In this document: piece by piece, positions 1 to 12,160 of the stretch
Numbering within the stretch: the stretch's first letter is position 1
Layout: each line of letters starts with the position of its first letter
Source of the DNA: Octopus vulgaris
Lineage: Eukaryota
DNA: 64,000 nucleotides
NCBI GenBank assembly: GCA_951406725.2
Contig: OX597834.1
Span: forward strand, 19,840,001 to 19,904,000
Reading direction: 5' to 3'
Program-made: the position numbers and the translations under genes
Notes under the pieces: generated by a model
The model's database searches: none
What the model was told of the DNA's origin: nothing
Seen by the model: the letters and a program-made list of their open reading frames with translations, nothing else

Positions 1-5
1 TCCAC

Positions 6-36
<31 letters not shown>

Positions 37-163
37 CTTTAATTAAAAGCATATTACTCTACCCCTGGTATTTGAGTACTCTTTTTTCCACCTTGTTTCA
101 CATTTATGTTTACTCCGGTATATATATATAAAGCTTCCCGTTATATATATATATATATATATG

Positions 164-195
<32 letters not shown>

Positions 196-1114
196 TGTAT
201 GTATGCATGTATGTGTGTATGTATATATATTTATAAATGTGTATGTATGTAGCTATTTATCACCAACATATCTCTCTTGTTACAGATTAGGTTCAAACCA
301 GATCAATAACCAAAATAAGATCAGCAGACCCGTTCATTGTTTCCTTGTTGCTGTTTTTTCCCTCTATTGATCCGATCCTTACTAGATTACTAAGTCAGCC
401 ATTGTTTCTTCTTTTTTTTTCTTTTCGTTTGTTTCACTTACTTTTTTTTTTCTTTTTTGTTTTTCATTCTTCTTTATCATATTAACGATCAGATCAATAA
501 ATAGTATCCTGTAATATTCAGTCAATGATATGTTCCGCTATTAACTTCTTAATCAATTAAATGTCGGAAATTTGGTTTAATTTTCCAAGATAGCAATCTG
601 GCTTGTTTATAAAAAAACAAAGCCGAAAAATATCCCACTTGTGTTCTAACGTGATTGTACATGTATGGGATTTACATGGATTTTGTGGGAATTACATGTG
701 TGTGTGTATGTGTGTGGGAATGGATGTGAAGGTATGTGCAAGTGTGTATGTATGTGTATGATTCTGTGTGTGTGTGCGTGTTTGTATTTGCTTGGTGTGG
801 GATGCATGGGGGAATGTGTTACATGTGAGTAAACCACATTTAAAAGACGGCTTAAAAGCTATAAAAATAAAATAGGTCCATATACCAAACACTTTTATAT
901 TTATAATGTATAGAGATCTATCTATCTATTTATCTATCTATTCATATATATATATATACATACCTATATATATATATATATATATAGTTAATCCAAACAA
1001 GAAAACACAGAAAAAAACACAGCAACGCGAGGACGTGGAACAAATAAAGTATTATTTGACGCTCAGGAAAGAAGGGAAGGAGGGTTTTATATATATATAT
1101 ATATACATACATAC

Positions 1115-1153
<39 letters not shown>

Positions 1154-1154
1154 C

Positions 1155-1185
<31 letters not shown>

Positions 1186-1423
1186 GCACCAGGATGGCCA
1201 CAGACCTAACACTTATATGTGTGTGTATATGTGGGCATGTGTATGTGTATAGGTATATATATATACGTATGTGTGTCTATATATATGTGTGTGTATGTAT
1301 ATATACATATGTATATGTATTTGTGTTTATGCATATATGCAGTATGTATGTATGTGTGTATGTATGTATGTATATATGTATGTATGCATGTATGTATGCA
1401 TGTATGTATGCATGTATGCATGC

Positions 1424-1456
<33 letters not shown>

Positions 1457-2878
1457 TGTGGGTCATGTTTGCCAGTGTTTCTCAAACATGTTTTGATTTT
1501 ATGGTACCACAGAGATCAAACAGAAAATTATAGCTGCAATTCACATGGTAAGTTTAACAAAAAAATTAACAAAAAAACCCCCAAAGGAACTGTTTTGAAG
1601 TTAAAAAATATGCAAATACAAAATAAATGATAAATAACAAATATAGAAAACATTATTTTATGGAACATTTATGTGTGCAACAAAATTAAGAACCTCACGT
1701 TTTCCATTCCAAGCCACTCAACCATTAGTAAGAATGTTCTAATGCATTACGTTATCTTTTTAAAAATCTTCAGTGCATGCTTGATGCCTCGACTGCGCTG
1801 CACCAGTGTGGTATGATGCACTGTTTGACAACCATTGGTGCATTGCACCCGTGATGTGATAGAAATCTTGAAAAGAAGGATTATTGTGCTTAGTCGTCAG
1901 ATGCAAGTGAGCAGGTACCTGGAGGATGGTACCACATTTTTTATAATTATTTCAGGTACCTGTTATAGTAGGTGAGCTACACACCCTATAGGCAGGGCTG
2001 GTTTTGTTGTAAAGTGGGTTCCTCCCTCTGGTGTGATGTGTGACTGCCGTTGTATTGTAGCTGCCGTTTTATGCTAGTAACCACAATAGTTACAAGTCAA
2101 CGGATACCATTGTATCTCTTTGTACTGGAATAGAAATACACTAACTTTTTCTGTCTTACTATAGCTGATAACTCCACAAGACACCAACTAGAACTGTCCA
2201 TCCTCAACTCTTCCACTCTCAACACTCTCTTGATGACCAGCTACTGGTCTATTTATAATGGCTGGTTCCTACCACTTTTTACTAGGAGGAGTACACAGTT
2301 TCACTACACATCTCCCCTTTTAATTATTTTATTTAACAATCAATTTCTTTTATTCACCCTACCTACTCCTTTTTTTTAAATACTCAATATCTTTTCTTCT
2401 CACAGTCTACTTTTAGGAATTCAGTGTTCTTCCTTTTTCTTGTACATGTGGTTTCAACTTCTTGTAACAGTGTTAAAGCCTGAAAAATGTCATATTGCCA
2501 ATCCATCAGTATTTCTACTCTTGTTTGTTCCTTCCCTTAAGCTAATTTCTATGTCTCCTTTCCATTCCATTTCTGCTTCTTACACCATACATCATTCTTC
2601 CTATGAATGTTACAATTTCTCCTTCTTCCCAGTATTGCTTGCCATTTTTGTACATCCTTACATATAACTTATTACCAATTCTAAAGAATTTTTGGCATGT
2701 CTTTACTAGCATGTATTTTTTTCTTCACTAGTAACAGTTTATCGAATACTGACTTCACTTTTCTGGCAAACATTAATTCTGCTGGTGAACCTCCTGCTGG
2801 TGCATTTGGGGTCAGAGTTACCCTGTATACCCTTAAGAATTATTGGGTCATGACCTCATCCATGTCTTCCTTATTAGC

Positions 2879-2959
2879 TTTCTTTAAAGATCTCTTAAAA
2901 GTGTCCATGAACTGTTCAGCCCTTCCATTCAATCTAGGGTGATATGGTGCTGTAGTTTT
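2879..2959 (-). pseudogene. Retroviral-type integrase core fragment
   Basis: Translates as KTTAPYHPRLNGRAEQFMDTFKRSLKK, matching the integrase PYHPQSNGxAERxxxTFK motif. Confidence 0.85.
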
Positions 2960-3401
2960 ATGTTCTTACGTGAACATCTTGCAGAATCTTTTAAACTAAC
3001 AGAATACAAACTCTGTTTCTGCAATGTCAAATCCTGGTTCAATTCCAGGTTTTTCTAGAATTTTCATTCAGATTTCTGCATCCCTTTTATCTGTAAATCC
3101 TTGTGCAAGAATCAAACACTTGAAAGAATCTGGAGTAAGCATATCCAATCTAAATCTCTTACATTCTTTGTCGACTCTGCCTGTGTAAGTAATGAAGTTT
3201 TCATCTTCACTGCTTTCTATGTTTAAATATTTCTATCTAGTATTAAACAGTGAGCTCTTTCCACTAAACATTTTGCACAAAATGTCAACTGTGTTCATAA
3301 AATTTATGTCGAATTATTTTTTGGTTATATGAAGTTACTATACTTCTCATGCTCTCCTGTGGTTGGTTTTCTTAAAATAGATGCGTTTTTATGTTGTCTG
3401 T

Positions 3402-3659
3402 TCAATCCTGGTATTCTTTTCCAAAAATTTGTTCAAATTTTTGAAAGTAAGCCTCGATGGTTACTCCTTCTCTGGGGTCATATTTGAATTCGCTAATGGA
3501 ATTTGCTACACGGTCAGACAAAAATGTATTTTCCGGTTTGCATATCGACTTAATTAGTTGTAACATTTGCTGCTGCAATCCTTGTTGTTGTTCGCGTTGT
3601 TCTTTGACTTGTTGTTGCTGTTTTTGCAACTCAAATACCCCAGCTAACAAGTCTTCCAT
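3402..3659 (-). pseudogene. Gypsy gag N-terminal fragment
   Basis: MEDLLAGVFELQKQQQQ...ISEFKYDPREGVTIEAYFQKFEQIF: a Q-rich helix followed by a FxYDPxxGxTFxAWFxRYExIF-like motif typical of Mag-clade gag, starting shortly after the PBS. Confidence 0.75.
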
Positions 3660-4805
3660 ATTTTACGATTTTCATAAGTTTGCACACAAGATTCTTGTTT
3701 CTTTTTGTCAAGCTATTTAATTTTTCACATGAATTAGTTTAAACTCTCTGTGTGAATGTTTTTTTATTAATTTCGTGTAAATTTGTTTTTCCTCGTCACC
3801 ACTGTTGTAAAGTGGGTTCCTCCCACTGGTGTGATGTGTGGCTGTTGTTGTACGGTAGTTGCTGTTTTATGCTAGTATCCAAAATAGTTATTAGTCATTG
3901 GATACTACTGTATTTCTTCATACCGAAATGGTAATACACTAACTTATTCTGTCTTACTATTGCTGATAGCTAAACAAGACACCAACTAGAACTATCGATT
4001 CTCAACTCTTTGACTCTCAACCCTCTCTTGACAACCAGCTACTGGTTTATTTATAATGGCTGGTTCCTACCACTTTTTACCAAGAAGGGTATACAGTTTC
4101 ACTATACAACAGATTTAAAACCCATAGAGGCTCTAAGTGTCCCCAAATATATATTATTCAAAACATAAACAATAATAAACCATAAATAAATTTTTATTTT
4201 TCAAAATGGAACAAAACTAACTGTAAAATGGAAAATAATGTTTATTCTTGTACATTTTCACTTAATTAATACTTGAAAGGTTTCGTCCTACTTCTTTTTT
4301 TAACTGCAAAGTCTTTCATCAGATCCTCACTTTGACACCATGAATGCTTTGAAAATATATTTCTGATCATATAAACCACTTCTGGATTCAAGACTCTGTA
4401 TAAGTGATCGCTGAATGAGGAGAGAATGATGATGGAGAACATCATTGTTATGTGTCGTCATCATCATCATCATCATCCATTAATGTCTGCCTCCGTGGCA
4501 CATGTCTGGACAAGGTTGTTTATGGAAGACCAATGGTCACCCATAAATATCACCCTCCTCTCTCCATGCCACTGATGTTATCCAAGGAAAAGGCAAAGGC
4601 TGATACAGCTTGGCATCAGTGACATGGCAACTCATTTCTACAGCTGAGTGAACTGGACCAACATGAAATAAAGTGTCTTGCTCAAGAACGAAACACACAG
4701 CCTGGTCCAGGAATTGAACTAACTACCTCATGATTGTGAGCCTGATACTCTAACCACTGAACCATGTGCTTTCAGGTGTATAAGTACTGTATACACTAAT
4801 TAATT

Positions 4806-5240
4806 TCTACATACCAAGTTGATCGAAGTCGATCAACATCAGTGGAAATTGCAGCTGTGATACCAGTGCCGATGGCACGTAAGTGAACCATCCGATTCTG
4901 GCCGTTGTCAATGCCGCCCCAACTGGCCTCTGTGCCGGTGGAATGTAAAAAGCACCATCTGACCGTGACCGTTTGCTAGCCTCACCTGGCCCCTGTGCCA
5001 GTGGCACGTAAAAAGCACCATCCGACTGTGGCCGTTTGCCAGCCCCGTCTGGCACCTCTGCCGGTGGCACGTAAAAAGCACCCACTACACTCACGGAGTG
5101 GTTGGCGTTAGGAAGGGCATCCAGCTGTAGAAACATTGCCAGATCAGACTGGGCCTGGTGCAGCCTTCTGGCTTCACAGACCCCAGTTGAACCGTCCAAC
5201 CCATGCTAGCATGGAAAGTGGACGCTAAATGGTGATGATG
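4806..5240 (+). mobile_element. SINE family C (GGCGTTAGGAAGGGCATCCAGC core, (ATG)n tail, internal TGGCACGTAAAAAGCACC repeats)
   Basis: Homologous copies at ~10000-10270, 11900-12025, 35480-35680, 39348-39830 and 62381-62580 (all -). Confidence 0.75.
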
Positions 5241-5769
5241 ATTTTTAAAAAATTTCCTTATTGACCAATATGTAACAAGAAGGCTATGAAGAATTACAGT
5301 GAAACCATTTGTCTTTGGCACCACCGCTTAGCAATAACTGGATTGCCTGAAGTGGCTGTAGCTGCTATGAGTTATATTTTCTGTCAGCTCCAGACTTGTA
5401 AAGGTTAACTCATTTTGAATCTATATTTTATGTGTAGTGGTCGTTATATATGACATGCGTCAATGGGTGTGAAATGTGAAGGATTAACTAATTTAAAATA
5501 GGATTAACAGTGTGAAGAGCAATATGTATCAGTGAATTATTGATGTTGCTTTTAGCCATGTTCTTGAAAGGGTTAACCTGTTAAGAAATGAGATTTAGCA
5601 TCAGAATAGCCGGAGAGTAGCCAGTTTGACATGCTCTCTAAGCTGCAGTGAAGTTTGAATAAAAGGCTTAACACTTTGCCAATGAAATTTAGTCATATAT
5701 ATATGTATATAAATATTTATATATGTATATGTACATATATATGTGTATGTGTATATTTATATATATATA

Positions 5770-6164
5770 CTAGCAGTATCGCCCGGCGTTGCTCGGGTTT
5801 GTAAGGGAAATAATTATATAAGCATTTTTAGAGATGTAAAGTATAATAGCCATCTCAATATGGCTAACCACAAAGGGGGAGGGGTGTTACTGTAGCTTTT
5901 TACGTTCTGAGATTTAATAATAAATTTTAGAGAGTTACTTCCCTTATATATGTCAAAAATGGATTAAAAATGGGAAAAATTGATGGTAAATTTTTTTTTA
6001 AATCGTAGACTCATCGTAGACGCGCGCTAATACCCAGACGGTCTCGATATGAATCACGACTATAAGATACCCGGTTTTGGTTAAACTGCACCGCAAAATG
6101 TGGGAGTAGTTAGGAATCTAAATCGTAGGAGACAGACACACAACCTCACTTTTATATATAAAGA
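5770..6164 (-). mobile_element. Non-autonomous Helitron, copy 1
   Basis: On the - strand: 5' TC(TTTATATATAAAA), subterminal hairpin CCCGAGCAACGCCGGG, 3' CTAG, inserted between A and T with no TSD. Confidence 0.85.
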
Positions 6165-6326
6165 TTTCCTCTATTTACATAATATTGAGGTCTCTTTCTT
6201 TCTTTTGTTATCTTACTGTTTTTACCAATATACATATATATATATATATAAATATATATATAGTTACAGAGATGTACTTGCATAGCAAGTGACTTGATCT
6301 GAGATCGTGTGCTGGAACGAAAACAG

Positions 6327-6585
6327 TTGCAGCGTTGAAGGTATTTATAAGCCATTTAAGAAACACACAAAAACCGTTAGATTCACTTCAACATTTAAAT
6401 TTAATTTGTCAAAATATTTTCGTCGCTTTGAGACCGCGACCTGTTAGCACGATATTTTTGTCAGTGAACAGGTCGCGGTCTCAAAGCGACGAAAATATTT
6501 TGGCAAATTAAATTTAAATGTTGAAGTGAATGTAACGGTTTTTGTGTGTTTCTTAAATGGCTTACAAACACCTTCCACGCTGCAA
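6327..6585. repeat. Fold-back inverted repeat (~119-bp arms, 21-nt spacer) in a (TA)n-flanked insertion
   Basis: 6327-6445 is the near-perfect reverse complement of 6467-6585. Confidence 0.95.
6457..6507 (+). ncRNA. Minimal type I hammerhead-like ribozyme with G3:C8 variant core
   Basis: UUUGUCA-GUGAACA-G-GUCGC(ggucucaaa)GCGAC-GAAA-A(UA)UUU-UGGCAAA: stems I, II and III are all in hammerhead register. Confidence 0.6.
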
Positions 6586-6948
6586 TATATATATACACAC
6601 ATATATATATATGTATGTATGTATGTATGTGTGTATATGTGTATGCATGTATGTGTGTGTGTGCGTGTCTGTGCTTGTGATTGTCCTCCACCACTGCTTG
6701 ACAACGAATGTTGGTTTGTTTACATCCCTGTCACCTAGTGGTTTGACAAAGGAAACAGATAGAATAAGTACAATGCTTACAAAAATAAAACTGGAGTTGA
6801 TTCATTAAACTACAATTCTTCAAGGCATTGCCCCAGCATGGCCACAGACCAATGGCTGGAAAAAGCAGAAGAATAAAAGAATACATTCTCTGCTTTGGTC
6901 ATATGTTGAAGGCATGAGAAAGCTTGAGTTTACATGAGAAGGCCTAAC

Positions 6949-7320
6949 AGACCTGGTAGAAACAGCAGCCAAATCTCCCTCAAATCACACCTTACTGTCT
7001 TATGTATGTATATATATATGAGCCAATGAGGGGGACCTCTACATGGTAGCTAGACCTGGTAGAAATAGCAGCCAAATTTCCTCCAAATCACACCTTACTG
7101 TCTTATCTATGTATATATGTATGTATGAGCCTATGAGGGAGACCCCTACATGGCAGCTAGACCTGGTAGAAATAGCAGCCAAATTTCCCCCAAATCACAC
7201 CTTACTGTCTTATCTATGTATATATGTATGTATGAGCCTATGAGGGAGACCCCTACATGGCAGCTAGACATGGTAGAAATAGCAGCCAAATCTCCCTCAA
7301 ATCACACCTTACTGTCTTAT
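6949..7320 (+). repeat. Minisatellite, ~107-bp unit, 3.5 copies
   Basis: AGACCTGGTAGAAATAGCAGCCAAAT...CACACCTTACTGTCTTAT recurs at ~6949, 7052, 7159 and 7266. Confidence 0.95.
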
Positions 7321-7559
7321 CTTTCTGCTACTTGGATATAGGTGTTATATTCGTCGTAAAAAAAACTTTCCTGTCACACACTCACGCACACACACACACA
7401 CACACGCACCCTCACACACACACACACGCGCACACCCACACACACCCACTCACACACACGCACGTTAGCTTACAATTTTATTTATATATTTGCGTGTGTA
7501 TGTGTGGAAAGAGGAAGTGGGAGGCAGAGTGAAAGAATCACTCACTACAGTAAGTCAAT

Positions 7560-7829
7560 TACTTTCATTTTATTCGTTGCCCACTGTGTGTGTGCGTTTG
7601 CGTGTGCTGTAAACCAGACTAAGAAAAGCATTTGACACACACACCAGAATGTGAGTTTTCTGTAAATTTTGCTTAATTGGAGTTTAAATTTTTAAAACTG
7701 GACCCGGCATGACGCGATGCATTGTACTCTTAAAACTGCTAGGTAAATTGTAATTGAAGAAATCCTATATTGTAGATTTGTATAACTCCCAAAGGGAGGC
7801 AGCTAAAATCTGCCTTTTATAATAAGAGA
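7560..7829 (-). mobile_element. Probable 5' part of a second Helitron family
   Basis: The - strand begins A|TCTCTTATTATAAAAGGCAG, a Helitron-like 5' end next to (TA)n; the 3' end was not located. Confidence 0.4.
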
Positions 7830-8006
7830 TATATATATACACACACACATATTTTTTGATAATATATTATTATTATTATTAATAATGTAAGGAAATTAAT
7901 ATCCAAGCTCATCATAAAGATATAACTTCAAGGGTTTTAGGACTTACTTTTTTAAAACCTAGTACTTATTTTATCAGTCTCTTATGCCAAAGTTACTTAC
8001 CACACA

Positions 8007-8037
<31 letters not shown>

Positions 8038-8047
<10 letters not shown>

Positions 8048-8423
8048 ATAAAAAAATGAAGAGGATCAGGAGGTGGTATTCATCAACTTTTAGACATTAT
8101 ATTATGTCTATTTATTAATTTAAAAAAACAATTATAACAATATACATACATGTATAACAGATTATGCTTTAAATATATAAAAATACCAGTAATTATTAAA
8201 ATATATAACTTAGAACATAGAACTATTCTACTTTCTATGTTCTACGTTAAATATTTTAATATATATTGGTATTTTTATATATGTAAAGCATAATCTGTTA
8301 TACATATATGTATATTATTATAATTGTTTGTTTTTTTTTTTAATTAATAAATAGACATAACATAATGTCTAAAAGTTGATGAATACCACCTCCTGATCCC
8401 CTCCATCTTCTTATTGCCATATA
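8038..8423. repeat. Fold-back inverted repeat (~185-bp arms) starting at a (TA)n tract
   Basis: TATGGCAATAA...GGATCAGGAGGTGGTATTCATCAACTTTTAGACATTAT...AGAACATAGAA is mirrored at 8233-8423. Confidence 0.93.
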
Positions 8424-8597
8424 ATTTAAGGGTAAAACAACTTTTCACACCCTCACCCATTTATTACATTCAGTAGTGTAATTGCCACGTAATGGAAAAA
8501 CACTTGTGTATTAATAATTGGGTATTCTACCAGAAGTATATTGGATAGATGTTATCCCTTAGTTGGTTGGATTCACAACTTCTAACTTTCTTCGAAT

Positions 8598-8636
<39 letters not shown>

Positions 8637-10637
8637 ATGCGTGTGTGTGTGCATGCGTGTGTGTAAATATATATACACATATACAGAGAGAAAGAGAAAG
8701 AGAGGGGAGATAGATAGATAGGGAAGTTCATATGTATATACACCCATATACACACACACACATGTATATATATACAAACATATATATACGTAGATACACA
8801 TACAATGGGCTTCCACACAGTTTCCATTTACCAAACTGGTCACCCTGGGGGGGCTATAATAGAAAACACTTGTTGCCAAAGGTACTTTGCAATGGAACTG
8901 AACCTAAAACCCACATGGTTGCAAAACAAACTTCCTAGTCACTGAGCCATGCTTGTGCTTCGAGAAAGAGGCAGAAAAAATAACCAAAGGGAAATGAAAT
9001 AATTGTTATTTTGCTGTACTGAAGTAGGGGGCCTCAAAATATGCAAATGTTATTAGCACCTCTTGCCACCAATAAAAACACAAAAGAAAATAAAAATACA
9101 AAAGGAATAAAGATGGTAATGCAATCACTGAAACACTTGTTGTTGTTGTTGTTGTAGCTTGGTGATAGAGTTATGTACCAATGTGGATCTACGAACATAC
9201 AATAAAATTATTCGGCACTTTTAGTACAGTTCTTGTTATATCTGCCTGTAAGGAATTCAGTCAAAACATTTTAGCATTTATTTTGGGAAGAGAGAAGAAT
9301 AAAGGAGAGAGGGGGAAAAAAATAACAACACAAATAACACTAATAAACAAAAAAAAAGGGAAAAGAAAAGGAAAACAAGAACTTTACCAAGACTAGTACC
9401 ACCACCACCTGCAACAATAACAACAACAACAATAGCAGCAACAACTGTAGCGCTGTAGTAACTAGTAATAAATATTGCCTTTAGCTTGACTTTTACAAAC
9501 ATTTCTTCAGCAATCTTGTCAAGATGGAAGTTAATTGGCATAAGAGAAATATCAAAGATTTCTATTGTGTAAAGCATTGGACTGCACCAACGAAGTAAAT
9601 GGTTTTTATTAATAGTATTTAAAAGCAATTTTCATGCAAGTAGATATTACACATTTCTTTTTAAAACAACCAAATGAAGAGGCATTTATAAACATTACAT
9701 TAATTATATCGTTAGGAAAATAGCTCCTTAAATGTTATTTGGCCCTCCTTATCTCCCACCGACTCCTCCATCCTCTCTTTGTACTGAGAACTTGTTCAAA
9801 GAATTCAATGCATCTGCTGTAATTCTATTTATATTCCTACTTACAAGCAGAACATCGCATCAGTTTAGCTCTGAGCTAGCATCGTTGAGTTCACCATCTT
9901 CACCGTCTCTTCGCTCATCACTGTCAAACTGAGTTGGACTGGTTGATGAGAGGAATCAGTGTAGGATTGGAATATTTTCATCATCATCATCATCATCCTC
10001 ATCATCATCTTCATCATCATTTAACACCTGATTGCCATTCTGGCATGGGTTGGTCTGCTTGACTGGAACTGACAAGGCCAGGGGGTTGCACCAGGTTTCA
10101 TAGTCTGTTTAGGTTTGGTTTTTACAGCTGGATGCCCTTCCTTACACCAACCACTCTGAGAGTGTACTAGGTGCTTTTACGTGCCACCGGCACGAGGGCC
10201 AGTCAGGTGGTACTGGCATCGACCATGCTCAAATGGTCTTTTATACATGCCACCTGCACAGGAGCCAGTCCATATATATATATCAAAAAGATGTGTTATA
10301 ACGCTATTCCACATAAACAAAAAAAGCCATACCAACAATCCAACAAACCTCCATCATTAGCTGCCCCATGGATATCCTTATAGTTTCGACACTTGGGCAG
10401 AACCATTCAATCCAGTGGTGTGAACAGCACTAAAATAAATGTTGTTTGTAGTGGTGTATGGTGGTTGTTGTATTGGGTGTGCTGCCACAACCAATGCCAC
10501 CAGATTTCAAGCAGGGATATAACAAGTTTTGCATTCAGATTTGTGATTAAATAAATAAGATTAATATTCATAATGAATTTTGCCATTTTCGTTGGGTGTG
10601 CAACACACACCTAGCACATCCAGAATATATGCCCCTG

Positions 10638-10689
<52 letters not shown>

Positions 10690-10752
10690 AGTTTCGCTTT
10701 TGGATTTAGTTTGCAAGATTCTTTATATGAGTTTGTGTGTTGAAGCATATTT

Positions 10753-10951
10753 TGTTGTGTCTGGGGAGAGTAATTTTTTTTTTTGTGTCTTATAATGTAA
10801 CACACTCGCTGGTAAAATTTCCACTTATTTCTTAATAAGAAATAAGTGGAAATTTTACCGGTGAGTGTGTTACATTATAAGGCGGAAATTTTACCAGCGA
10901 GTATGTTACATTATAAGGCACAAAAAGAAAATGACTCTCCCCAGACACAAC
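10753..10951. repeat. Fold-back inverted repeat with a ~36-bp tandem duplication in the right arm
   Basis: TGTTGTGTCTGGGGAGAGT...TCCACTTATTTCTT / AAGAAATAAGTGGA...ACTCTCCCCAGACACAACA; GGAAATTTTACC..CATTATAAGGC occurs twice. Confidence 0.9.
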
Positions 10952-11869
10952 AGTATATCAAGTTTCTTTCAACCAAATCCACTGACAAGGATTTGGACAG
11001 TCTGAGGCTGTAGCAGAAGACATTTTCTCAAGGTGGGATTGACTCCAAATTTATGGGCTGTGAAATGAACACCTCACATACACAGCTATGCTTGTGCCTT
11101 CTGTTTATTTACTGCTGGACTTGTGAGTATATTTGGTAAACTGGAATTGAAAGAAATCTATTTTGTGTGTGTGTGTGTGTCTGTGTATGTGTGTGTGTTC
11201 GTGTGTGTGTTGGTGTGCACGTCCGTGACTGTCTCCTTGTTACAACACCCTGTAATAGTCGTAAACAAGTGTCACTTTCATAGAGTCACTTCATTTCCAA
11301 TGTTTTCTAAAAATATTTCTAGCTATGTTACGTTGCACAGAAATATTGAGGGTTGGTGACAGGACGGGCATCCAGCTGTAGAAAAATCTACTTCATTGAA
11401 TTCACCTGACCCATGCAAGCATAGAAAAATAAACACTAAAATGTCAATGATGATGTTGACACTGGTGAGGAGACATCATCTCATATGTTTCTACATTTCT
11501 AAAAATGATAGTGTGTATTTTAAGAAAGATTTAGCTCCTATTTCTAACAGGTCAAGTGGCTGTATAGCAGTGCCCCTGTTGGTTTACTTCCCAAATCTTT
11601 ACGGTTGATTAGCAAACACTGTAAATATCAGCTTTCCTTCATATTAGACACACATTTCAAATTAAAAATGCTTCCACTGTTTATCTTGGTTTAAGTCAAC
11701 ATCCTGTATCGGTGATTGATTTCAGAATGTATTGATCTTATTTGAAGGGTTCTGTTTAGCTAACTTGTTCAGTCACTTCTTAAATAACTTCTATGAATGT
11801 TACCGTGCTGATCCCTGACAGCAATTCAAGATCTGGTGTTTATGAAATTAATTTTCTGTTATTACCTTT

Positions 11870-11904
<35 letters not shown>

Positions 11905-12128
11905 TCATCATCATATCTTTTAACGTCCGTTTTCCATACTGGCATGAGTTGGACAGTTCGACTGAGATCTGGAAAGCCAGGAGGCTGCACCAGGCTCCAG
12001 TCGGATCTAACAGTGTTTCTTCTGGCAAATGAAAGATGTACACGAGAATTTATTATTAATCACAATTGTTTCAACACATCTAACACCGATTCTTCCAGGT
12101 GTAAACCATTCATTTTATTATCCATTAT

Positions 12129-12160
<32 letters not shown>

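Larger units (their letters stand above)
2005..4111 (-). mobile_element. Internally deleted, non-autonomous Ty3/Gypsy (Mag-like) LTR retrotransposon, ~2.1 kb, with both LTRs
   Basis: Direct repeats at 2005-2310 and 3803-4111 (TGTTGTA...TACAACA ends). On the - strand, the PBS TGGTGACGAGG follows the 5' LTR and the PPT AAAGGGGAGA precedes the 3' LTR. The 5-bp TSD is GGTTT/GATTT. Gag and integrase remnants lie inside. Confidence 0.92.
1993..4335 (-). mobile_element. hAT-type DNA transposon 3' remnant interrupted by the LTR element
   Basis: Removing the LTR element rejoins CAGGGCTGG(A/T)TT-TAAAACCCATAGAGGCTCTAAG, a hAT-like terminus. 4266-4328 (-) reads EDLMKDFAVKKRSRTKPFKY*, similar to the DFAxKKxR C-terminus of hAT transposases. 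Confidence 0.5.

Noticed and set aside
983-1087. TA-flanked fragment resembling the region next to the 58965 hammerhead
   Set aside because: Truncated before any ribozyme core, so it was not called a hammerhead.
6949-7320. Regular repeats that might suggest a CRISPR array
   Set aside because: The whole ~107-bp unit repeats with no unique spacers; eukaryotic context and no cas genes.
9860-9955. - strand peptide SSTSPTQFDSDERRDGEDGELNDASSELN*
   Set aside because: There is an in-frame stop just upstream and no convincing acceptor or partner exon.
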